A stretch of 64,000 nt of DNA, taken from NCBI GenBank assembly GCA_965247115.1, contig CBDFGR010000003.1, positions 544,001 to 608,000 on the forward strand, given 5' to 3'. This DNA comes from Myxococcota bacterium (GTDB lineage: Bacteria; Myxococcota_A; UBA9160; SZUA-336). The translations under genes were made by a program, and so were the position numbers. Numbering within the stretch: the stretch's first letter is position 1; every line of letters starts with the position of its first letter. This document shows, piece after piece, positions 47,031 through 55,082 of this stretch. The notes under the pieces were generated by a model. The model saw only the letters and a program-made list of their open reading frames with translations. It made no database searches and was not told the DNA's origin.

Positions 47031-47937
47031 TGCCGATCTACAGAGCGAGCTTCGCACGCGGTTCGGCAGGCGCGTTCTCTTCGACGAGCCTCTGGCGAAC
47101 TACACGTCTCTGCGTGTGGGAGGCCCCGCCGACGCCCTGGTCCGCGTCGACGACCGGGACGAGCTACACGAGCTGTCGGATCTATGTCGATCTCACGCCG
47201 TACCGATCAGCGTCATCGGCGGAGGCTTCAACACACTCGTCCGGGACGGCGGCCTGCGCGGCGTGGTCGTACGCCTGCAAGGGTTCCGCAAGATCGAGAA
47301 CGTGGCGGGCGGGGGCCTCTTTGCCGAGGCGGGCGTCACGCACTCGACTGTCTCACGCTTCTGTGCCGACCACGGCCTGGGGGGGCTCGAGTTCGCAGTC
47401 GGCATTCCCGGCAGCGTTGGCGGTTGGCTCGTCATGAACGCGGGAATTCCCGACCGCGAGATGAAAGACGTGGTGCGGAGCGTCGACGTGCTCGATCCCG
47501 CCAGCGCTCACATCGAGACACGAGAGCGCGGCTGCCTGCGCTTCTCTTATCGCATGCTCGAGCTCGCGCCTGGGAGCGTGCTGCTGGCCGCTCACTTTGA
47601 AACCTCTAGCGGCGACCCCAAAGAGATCCAGGCAACCATGCGCCGCTACATGTCGGCGCGTCGCGACACACAGCCCGTCGACCAGCGGTCCTGCGGATCC
47701 GTCTTCAAGAACCCGGAGAACGATTACGCCGGGCGGCTCATCGAGGCGGCCGATCTCAAAGGTGCCCGGGAGGGGCGAGCCGAGATCTCGACCCTGCACG
47801 CGAACTTCATCGTGAACCGCGGCGGGGCGAGCGCGAGCGACGTGCTCCGCTTGATCGACCGCGCGCGGGACGCGGTCCGTGCAAAGTTCCAGATCTCACT
47901 CGAGACCGAGGTCCGCGTGACGGGAGCAGAGGCATGA
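47026..47937 (+). CDS. murB: MurB reductase; start uncertain (GTG 46966 or ATT 47026)
   Basis: TSLRVGGPAD, GIPGSVGG, MNAG, FSYR, GSVFKNP, HANFIVN. Confidence 0.93.
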   Translation: MDADLQSELRTRFGRRVLFDEPLANYTSLRVGGPADALVRVDDRDELHELSDLCRSHAVPISVIGGGFNTLVRDGGLRGVVVRLQGFRKIENVAGGGLFAEAGVTHSTVSRFCADHGLGGLEFAVGIPGSVGGWLVMNAGIPDREMKDVVRSVDVLDPASAHIETRERGCLRFSYRMLELAPGSVLLAAHFETSSGDPKEIQATMRRYMSARRDTQPVDQRSCGSVFKNPENDYAGRLIEAADLKGAREGRAEISTLHANFIVNRGGASASDVLRLIDRARDAVRAKFQISLETEVRVTGAEA

Positions 47938-48674
47938 CGCCGCAAGCTCGCAGGAGCTGGCCATGGCTGCTGGCCGCGGTGGGCTTCGTTGTCACGACCG
48001 TTGCTACCGGCCTTACCTACGCTGCGAGCGCCGCGAACGTGGAGTTGCCCGATCTCCGGGTGAGGCTGCGAGCCTTGGAGCTCGGCACCGTCGAGTTCGT
48101 GGGACTCGAGCGCCTCGACGCGGAGGCGCTCTGGAGCCGCGCGAAGCTCGCGAAGGGCACAGCTCTGATCGACGTCGATGGGAAGCAGGTTGCAGCTCGC
48201 ATCGCGGGGCATCCGCGCGTCGAGCGCTGTACCGTATTGCGGCTCCCGCCCGATCGGCTGCTGATCGGCGTGCGCGAGCGCGTTCCCGCCGCCGTGGACG
48301 CAGAGACGGGCGAAGGCGTCGACGAGCGGGGAGCGTCGTTTCCACTCGTCGACGGCGAGGCGGAACTGCTGCCGCGGGTCGAGGGCAGCGTTCAGGCGGC
48401 CCTTCCACTGCTGCGGGCCGCACACGAGCTGCGCGTACGGATCCGGTCTGTCCGTGCACGCGACCCGAGGGACCTGCGCTTTCGGTCCTGGGAAGACGGG
48501 GTCGACGTACGGGTCGGACGAGACGCGCGCGACTCGCTCATGAGCTGGATCCGTCTGCGCGACAGCGGGCTGATCGAGGTGTACGGAGCGCACCAGGTGG
48601 ATCTCCGATTTGCCGGGAGCGCGGTGCTGCGAGACCTGCGAGAGAAACAGGGGGGTGAGGATGGGACGTCATGA
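47934..48674 (+). CDS. ftsQ: Cell division protein FtsQ (TM plus POTRA)
   Basis: TM helix, HPRVERCTVLRLPPDRLLIGVRER, VDLRF; lies before ftsA. Confidence 0.85.
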   Translation: MTPQARRSWPWLLAAVGFVVTTVATGLTYAASAANVELPDLRVRLRALELGTVEFVGLERLDAEALWSRAKLAKGTALIDVDGKQVAARIAGHPRVERCTVLRLPPDRLLIGVRERVPAAVDAETGEGVDERGASFPLVDGEAELLPRVEGSVQAALPLLRAAHELRVRIRSVRARDPRDLRFRSWEDGVDVRVGRDARDSLMSWIRLRDSGLIEVYGAHQVDLRFAGSAVLRDLREKQGGEDGTS

Positions 48675-49890
48675 CGAGCTGATCGTCGGGCTGGATATCG
48701 GGACCACGAAGATCTGTGCGGTCGTCGCGGAGTCGACTGCGGAGAACGTGGACATCATCGGCATCGGTAGCCACCCGTCGAGGGGTCTGCGGAAGGGTGT
48801 GGTGGTCGATATCGACGCGACCGTCGACTCGATCCGCAAGGCCGTCGACGAGGCGGAGCTCATGGCGGGCTGCGAAATCAACGCCGTCTACGCGGGGATC
48901 GCGGGCGGCCACATCGACGCCCGCAACGAGATCGGCATGGTCGCCATCAAGGACCGCGAGGTGAAGCAGAGCGACGTGAAGCGCGTGATCGACCAGGCGC
49001 AAGCGATCGCCATTCCCGCCGACCGCGAGGTGATCCATGTGATCCCGCAGGAGTACAAGATTGATGGGCAGGACGGCATCAAGCACCCGGTCGGGATGTC
49101 GGGCGTGCGGCTCATCTCGCGCGTGCACATCGTGACCGCGGCCGTGACCTCCGCGCAGAACGTGATCAAGTGCTGCAACAAGGCCGGGCTCAACGTCATC
49201 GATATCGTGCTGGAGCCACTCGCCTCCAGCAAAGCCGTGCTCGCACCCGACGAGACCGAGCTCGGTGTTGCGCTTATCGACCTGGGCGGCGGTACGACCG
49301 ACCTCGCGGTCTTCCAGTCGGGCTCGATCAAGCACTCGGCCGTCCTATCGCTCGGCGGCTATCACCTCACGAACGATGCTGCCGTCGGGCTGCGCACTCC
49401 GTTCGACCAGGCTGAGCGGCTCAAGCGCCGCTTTGGCTGCGCCGCGGCGCGCTACATGCCGAGAGAGGAGCTGCTGGTCGTACCCGGCGTCGGAGGTCGG
49501 CCTCCCCGGGAAGTCAGCCGCAAGACCCTCGCGGAATTCCTCGAGCCGCGCGTCGAGGAGATCCTCACGCTCGTCCACGAGCAGCTCGGCCGCACCGGGT
49601 ACCTCGGGCGCATTCCCTCGGGAATCGTATGCACGGGCGGATCGAGCGCACTCGAGGGTCTGCCCGAGCTGGCAGAGGAGATATTCGAGCTACCGGTGCG
49701 ACGCGGCATCCCGCGCGGCATCGGTGGGCTCGCGGATCGAGTTCAAGGACCGGAGTTCGCGACCGGCGTTGGACTCGCCATGTGGGGTTCTAAACGAAGA
49801 GCGCGTCCCCGCTTTCGGATCTACGACGGCTCCTCGTTTCGAAAGGTTCGTGCACGCATGCGCGACTGGCTTTACGGAGAACTGAGCTAA
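48661..49890 (+). CDS. ftsA: Cell division protein FtsA
   Basis: GLDIGTTKI, LEPLASS, DLGGGTT, FATGVGL. Confidence 0.97.
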   Translation: MGRHDELIVGLDIGTTKICAVVAESTAENVDIIGIGSHPSRGLRKGVVVDIDATVDSIRKAVDEAELMAGCEINAVYAGIAGGHIDARNEIGMVAIKDREVKQSDVKRVIDQAQAIAIPADREVIHVIPQEYKIDGQDGIKHPVGMSGVRLISRVHIVTAAVTSAQNVIKCCNKAGLNVIDIVLEPLASSKAVLAPDETELGVALIDLGGGTTDLAVFQSGSIKHSAVLSLGGYHLTNDAAVGLRTPFDQAERLKRRFGCAAARYMPREELLVVPGVGGRPPREVSRKTLAEFLEPRVEEILTLVHEQLGRTGYLGRIPSGIVCTGGSSALEGLPELAEEIFELPVRRGIPRGIGGLADRVQGPEFATGVGLAMWGSKRRARPRFRIYDGSSFRKVRARMRDWLYGELS

Positions 49891-49913
49891 CTTAGCGACA
49901 GGGGGGTAGAGAG

Positions 49914-51086
49914 ATGATTGCTTTCGAGCAGGACAACAACTTGCAGGCGCGAATCAAGGTCGTGGGGGTCGGCGGTGCCGGCGGCAACGCGGTCAACACG
50001 ATGATCGGTGCCGGCCTGAACGGCGTCGACTTCGTGGCGACGAACACGGATGCGCAGGCACTGGGGGAGAACCTGGCAGGGACGAAGCTCCAGCTCGGCG
50101 AGCGGGGCCTCGGTGCTGGTGCCGATCCAGAGCTGGGGAGGAAGTGCGCCGAGGAGTCGCGCGAGCGCTTGCGAGAGCAGCTCGAGTCCGCCGACATGGT
50201 CTTCGTCACCGCGGGACTGGGCGGGGGCACAGGGACCGGCGGGGCGCCGGTAGTGGCGGACGTCGCCAAGGAGATCGGCGCTCTCACCGTCGCAGTGGTG
50301 ACCAAGCCCTTCCTCTTCGAGGGCTCGGTCCGCGCGCGTCAAGCAGAGAGCGGGATCGACGCGCTCCACGACGTGGTGGACACGCTCATCACCATTCCGA
50401 ACACCCGCCTGCTCGAGATGGCGGGTGCGGATACGGTGATCACGGACGCATTCCGGCTCGCAGACGAGGTGCTGCTGAACGCGGTTCAGGGGATCTCGGA
50501 CCTGATCACCGTGAACGGCATGATCAATCTCGACTTCGCCGACGTGCGGACCACCATGAACGAGATGGGCATGGCGCTCATGGGGACCGGCCGCGCCAAG
50601 GGCGACAACCGGGCGGTCACCGCCGCGCAGCAGGCGATCTCGAATCCGCTGCTTGAAGACCTCTCCATCAAGGGGGCGAAGGGCGTGCTGCTGAACGTGA
50701 CTGGCGGCCCGAACATGACACTCCACGAGGTCAACCAGGCTGCCATGCTCATCCAGGAGCAGGCGCACGACGAGGCGAACATCATCTTCGGCTCTGTCAT
50801 CAACGATGAGATGGACGAGGAGATCCGCGTCACCGTGATCGCCACGGGCCTCTCGGACCGGACACGGGTGCGCCGGCGCGAGCTGCACGAGGAGTCGCTG
50901 GACAACGTCACGCCCCTACACCCGCCGGCCCGCGAGGACGGAGACGCAGCAGCAGAGCTCGGCCCCGAAAGTCTTGCGGAGTCCACTCTGGAGACCGGTG
51001 AAGCCGCCGAGGCCGAGTTCATCTCGCCCTTCGACGAGGAGTTCGACGTTCCGGCCTTCATCCGCAAGACGCGTGATTCGGGGTAG
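49914..51086 (+). CDS. ftsZ: Cell division protein FtsZ
   Basis: [26 protein letters not shown]-terminal FDVPAFIRK. Confidence 0.98.
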   Translation: MIAFEQDNNLQARIKVVGVGGAGGNAVNTMIGAGLNGVDFVATNTDAQALGENLAGTKLQLGERGLGAGADPELGRKCAEESRERLREQLESADMVFVTAGLGGGTGTGGAPVVADVAKEIGALTVAVVTKPFLFEGSVRARQAESGIDALHDVVDTLITIPNTRLLEMAGADTVITDAFRLADEVLLNAVQGISDLITVNGMINLDFADVRTTMNEMGMALMGTGRAKGDNRAVTAAQQAISNPLLEDLSIKGAKGVLLNVTGGPNMTLHEVNQAAMLIQEQAHDEANIIFGSVINDEMDEEIRVTVIATGLSDRTRVRRRELHEESLDNVTPLHPPAREDGDAAAELGPESLAESTLETGEAAEAEFISPFDEEFDVPAFIRKTRDSG

Positions 51087-51099
51087 ACGAAGCCAGCAT

Positions 51100-52152
51100 G
51101 TAAGCACCATTCCGCGACCCCGGTCGCTAGCCGGCTGCCGGCAGGCGAGCAGAGGCGCGCGCGATCTCCTCGCCGCCCTGCTCGCCTGCCTGGCCTGCAC
51201 CGTGACCCCCCAGGCACCCGACACTGCAGAGCGCGGGTCGCAGGCCCTACCGACGGGTGCGCAGCTCCTTCGCCCGCACGAGCCCCTCGATCCCGCGAGC
51301 GTGAAGCTCGTGCCGGAGGAGCGCACTGTCGAGTCGAACCTGGTCCTCGACCTCTACACTTGGTTTCATTCCAAGAGCTACACCTCGTCGCGTATCGTCT
51401 TCCCGAGCACGGAGCGGAGCGAGGCGGTTGCGCACCTGCTGCTTCCCGACGGCCCGGGTCCCTACCCCGTCGTCATGGTGTTCCCCATCCTCGGCGGCTC
51501 GCACGTGACGAGCGAGGGCCTCGCGAAGGCCCTGATCTCTGGCGGCTACGCCGTCGCCCGCCTCGAGCGTCCGGAGATCGACCTGGCGGACCCCGCTGTG
51601 GGCCCGCACGAGTTCTCAAAAGCGATCAGCGGCGCCGTCATCGACGGCCGTCGCCTGATCGACTTCCTCGCCACCCATCCGCGTATCGACGCGCATCGCC
51701 TGGCCTCCGCGGGGGTGAGCCTCGGCGGCATCCAGGCGCTGCTCCTGGCACAGACCGACGCGCGCGTGCGAGGCGGCTTCTTCGTGATGGTGGGCGGAGG
51801 TCTCGCCGAGATCCTTTGGGACTCCGCTGAGAAGCCGATCCGAGCCTTTCGCGAGCGCATCCGGGCGGAGCGGGGCCTGGAGACACGCGAGGCGTTTGTC
51901 GAGAGTCTGCGCGACACAACCCGCGAGATAGATCCACTCACATACGCGCCACTGCTCGAGCCCGGTGTCGTACTACTCGCCTCGGGCCGCTTCGATCGCG
52001 TAATGCCGCCCGCACGAACCGAGGCGTTGTGGCAGGCGTTGGGCAGACCGCGCTGGATCCACCTGCCGGTAGGTCACTACCAGCTCGCACCGTTGTTCTG
52101 GTGGACCGCAGCGCGCGGAGCCGAACACCTGAACGTGCTGCTCGCTGATTGA
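51100..52152 (+). CDS. Alpha/beta hydrolase, probable lipoprotein; start unresolved
   Basis: LLAALLACLAC lipobox-like segment; GVSLGG, GRFDRVMP, VGHY triad. Confidence 0.75.
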   Translation, partial: VSTIPRPRSLAGCRQASRGARDLLAALLACLACTVTPQAPDTAERGSQALPTGAQLLRPHEPLDPASVKLVPEERTVESNLVLDLYTWFHSKSYTSSRIVFPSTERSEAVAHLLLPDGPGPYPVVMVFPILGGSHVTSEGLAKALISGGYAVARLERPEIDLADPAVGPHEFSKAISGAVIDGRRLIDFLATHPRIDAHRLASAGVSLGGIQALLLAQTDARVRGGFFVMVGGGLAEILWDSAEKPIRAFRERIRAERGLETREAFVESLRDTTREIDPLTYAPLLEPGVVLLASGRFDRVMPPARTEALWQALGRPRWIHLPVGHYQLAPLFWWTAARGAEHLNVLLAD

Positions 52153-52320
52153 ATGATCCCGGGACCTACGCACGCGCTTCTGGGTAGCCTCTAGGGGGGA
52201 TCCTCCTACAGGTGCCGAAGCCCAAAGGCGGTTTTCTGACAGATTGACCCAGCCATCATCGCTGGACGGCTCACAGCTGAATCAGGGAAGATAGGGCTAG
52301 AGAGTGGAGGGTCATCTCGC

Positions 52321-52587
52321 TTGCCTCTGTGGATCGCGTGGCCGCTGGTCGTCTCTCTTCAGGTCTATCTGGCCGTGGGACTGGTCGTGGCGGTCGCGCT
52401 CGAGCTCCGCGGTCTCGCGCGGCTCGATCCGGCTGTGACCGGGAGCTCATGGGGCTTCCGGTTCGTGATCTTCCCCGGACTTGTCGCGCTCTGGCCACTG
52501 TTTCTGCGACGCTGGGTTCTGGGCTCGAGCGAGCCCCCGGAAGAGCGAAACGCCCACCGCAACGCAACGCGCGGAGCGCGACCTTGA
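52321..52587 (+). CDS. Small two-TM membrane protein
   Basis: GGAGG RBS; YLAVGLVVAV...RLDP...WGFRFVIFPGLVALWP; coupled to the next gene (TTGA). Confidence 0.72.
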   Translation: MPLWIAWPLVVSLQVYLAVGLVVAVALELRGLARLDPAVTGSSWGFRFVIFPGLVALWPLFLRRWVLGSSEPPEERNAHRNATRGARP

Positions 52588-53075
52588 TTGCCGGTCTTCG
52601 CCGCCGGCACCGCACTTGGATCGGCCTTCTCGCGCTCGTCGTGCCCGCGGGCTTCCTTCTCGGGGTGCTCGGTCGAGAGGAGCCACGAGTCCTAGACGCT
52701 CTGCCAGCGACCCTCCTGGGTCTCGACGGAGGCACTACGCGCACTGTCTGGGAACATGAGGATCTGTTCGGCACGGTGCCGGTCACCGTGCGCCTGCTCT
52801 CGACGCCCAGCACGACCGAACGCCTGCTGGAGCTCTCGCCGAGAAGCGACCCTCGTCGACCCGACGTATTGGTGTACTGGGCTCCGGCGTCGGCACCGGC
52901 AGATCAGCTGGCGGAAGGAGCCTACCTGCTGGGTCGACTTGCCGGGACTCGCGCGCAGCACTTCGCGCTCCCGCCAGAGGCCAGCGCGGAATCGGGACGT
53001 CTGTATCTCTACAGCCTGGGTCATCAAGAGTTACTCGACTCGGCGCTTCTCCAGGGTGGAGGCCCGGTGCGGTGA
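52584..53075 (+). CDS. Hypothetical membrane-anchored protein
   Basis: TTG start; LRRRHRTW plus TM; PDVLVYW, YLLGRL, LYLYSLGHQE; GTGA coupling to the next gene. Confidence 0.72.
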   Translation: MIAGLRRRHRTWIGLLALVVPAGFLLGVLGREEPRVLDALPATLLGLDGGTTRTVWEHEDLFGTVPVTVRLLSTPSTTERLLELSPRSDPRRPDVLVYWAPASAPADQLAEGAYLLGRLAGTRAQHFALPPEASAESGRLYLYSLGHQELLDSALLQGGGPVR

Positions 53076-54124
53076 GTGTCCAGTACAAGGCCGTGCAGTG
53101 GAACCCGCAGAAGAAACGCTACGACCGGGTCCTGGCCGCCGGAGTCGCGCTGTACGTGGGAGCGTTTGTCGGAATGGGCGCGGTGCTACAGCCGAACGCA
53201 ACGGCAGAGACCCTGCTGATTCGCGCGTTCGGGACCGGCGCCCTCCTCCTGCTTCACATCACGCTCTGCATCGGGCCGCTGTGCCGGCTGGATCCACGCT
53301 TCCTGCCGCTGCTCTACAACCGGCGCCACCTGGGTGTGACGACCTTTCTGCTGGGACTCTCGCATGGCGGCTTCGCGATCGCCCAGTTTCACGCGCTTGG
53401 AGACCTGCATCCGCTAGTGAGTGTGCTCGCTAGCAATCCGAGATTCGACAGTGTGAGCCAGTTCCCGTTCCAGCCGTTCGGCCTGGCGGCCCTGACCTTC
53501 CTGTTCCTGATGGCTGCGACGAGCCACGACTTCTGGCTCGCAAATCTGACAGCTCCCGTCTGGAAGGCACTCCACATGGGCGTCTACCTGGCCTATGGAT
53601 CGCTCGTGATCCATGTGTCGTTCGGAGCCCTTCATTCCGAAACCCACCCTGCGCTGCCCGCAATCCTCGCTGTCGGTTTCATGAGTGTGCTCGGCCTGCA
53701 CCTCGCGGCTGGCTGGCGCGAGCGAGCGGGAGATGCCGAGCGGCTGCCACAGGGTGAGGACGGCTACGTCGACGTCTGCGCCGTCGATGCGATCCCCGAG
53801 GCGCGCGCGCACGTGGTCGCGCTTGCTGGCGAGCGCATCGCCGTCTTCCGCTACGACGGCTGCGTGTCGGCAATCTCGAATGTCTGCCAGCACCAGAACG
53901 GACCGCTCGGCGAGGGGAAGGTGGTCGACGGTTGCGTCGTGTGTCCCTGGCACGGCTACCAGTATCTGCCCGACAGCGGGCGCTCTCCCGAGCCTTTCAC
54001 GGAGAAGATCCCGACCTTCCACGTCCGCGTCCGCGACGGTCGCGTGTGGGTCGACCCGAACCCCAACCCCCCCGGCACGCGGGTCGAGCCCGCGCGGGTC
54101 GAGGCGGAGTCCCATGGCAGCTGA
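53072..54124 (+). CDS. Ferric-reductase-like (MsrQ-type) heme-b membrane domain fused to a C-terminal Rieske [2Fe-2S] domain
   Basis: NRRHLG...H, MAATSHD, WKALHMGVYLAY...H; CQHQNGPL...CPWHG. Confidence 0.88.
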   Translation: MSVQYKAVQWNPQKKRYDRVLAAGVALYVGAFVGMGAVLQPNATAETLLIRAFGTGALLLLHITLCIGPLCRLDPRFLPLLYNRRHLGVTTFLLGLSHGGFAIAQFHALGDLHPLVSVLASNPRFDSVSQFPFQPFGLAALTFLFLMAATSHDFWLANLTAPVWKALHMGVYLAYGSLVIHVSFGALHSETHPALPAILAVGFMSVLGLHLAAGWRERAGDAERLPQGEDGYVDVCAVDAIPEARAHVVALAGERIAVFRYDGCVSAISNVCQHQNGPLGEGKVVDGCVVCPWHGYQYLPDSGRSPEPFTEKIPTFHVRVRDGRVWVDPNPNPPGTRVEPARVEAESHGS

Positions 54125-54890
54125 GCCGCGCGACGAGTTCTACATAGGCTGGGAGCCGCACGCTCCGGCCGGCATCCGCTCGCGGTTGCGGCTGGCGGTC
54201 GCCGCCCTCGCCGCCTTTGCGCTACTGCTCGCGGTGGCACTGAGCTCGCTGCAGAATCCGCTTCCGGTGAGCTCGTTCGAGTTCGGCACGACCCGTGAGT
54301 TCGTCGGCTGGGTTGCCGAGACCCCCTACCCGGCCCTGCTCGTTGCGGCGCAGGGCCCAGCAACGCATCCCGTCCGCTTCTCGCGCTACACGCTCGCCGA
54401 GTCCGGGACCAAGTTTGGAGCACAGCAGCTCGCGTCGGGCTTCGACGGACAGCTCGTTCGCCTACAAGGCACATTGATCTACCGCGACGACCAGACGATG
54501 ATCGACGTAGTTCCGGGCTCGCTCACGCCCGTGAGCGAGCCGGCAGAGACCCAGTCGGACGGACGCGGCGAGGAGCTTGGCAGATTCACGCTGCGAGGCG
54601 AGATTGTCGACACGAAGTGCTACTTCGGCGTCATGAACCCGGCGACCGGAAAGGTCCATCGCGCTTGCGCGGCTCGCTGCATCAGTAGCGGCATTCCTCC
54701 GGCCCTGCTGTTGCGCGACCGAGGAGCGGGGTCCGCCACGCTGCTCCTGGTCGATTCCGGAGGAGCGAACGTGAATGAGCGCGTTCTCCACATGGTCGCG
54801 GAGTCGGTGGAGATCACGGGCCGAGTCAAGCGCCTCGAGAACATTCTGGTCCTGTACGCAGATCCGGAACACTACCGGCGCCTGAACTGA
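54114..54890 (+). CDS. Hypothetical membrane-anchored protein with a Cys/His motif
   Basis: DEFYIGW, TM helix, GEIVDTKCYFGVMNP...HRACAARCISSGIPP. Confidence 0.78.
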   Translation: MAAEPRDEFYIGWEPHAPAGIRSRLRLAVAALAAFALLLAVALSSLQNPLPVSSFEFGTTREFVGWVAETPYPALLVAAQGPATHPVRFSRYTLAESGTKFGAQQLASGFDGQLVRLQGTLIYRDDQTMIDVVPGSLTPVSEPAETQSDGRGEELGRFTLRGEIVDTKCYFGVMNPATGKVHRACAARCISSGIPPALLLRDRGAGSATLLLVDSGGANVNERVLHMVAESVEITGRVKRLENILVLYADPEHYRRLN

Positions 54891-55082
54891 CGGGCTCGCT
54901 TCTCTGGCGCCAGCGGTGAGGATTGCACGGCTGCGCACGCTCGCCTTCCTGGCGAGCGGCGTGTCCGGCTGCCCGCCCTCGACGGTGCAGAGCTGACCGG
55001 GGACGCGATTGGGCTCGCCTTTCGCGAGCTCGGCCGGGCAGGCGCCCCCGCGCTCGTTCTCCTTCACGGAAGTCCTGGCAGC

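Noticed and set aside
52192..52208. Imperfect palindrome TAGGGGGGATCCTCCTA upstream of the redox cluster
   Set aside because: Single occurrence with two mismatches; cannot be told from chance without orthologous upstream regions.
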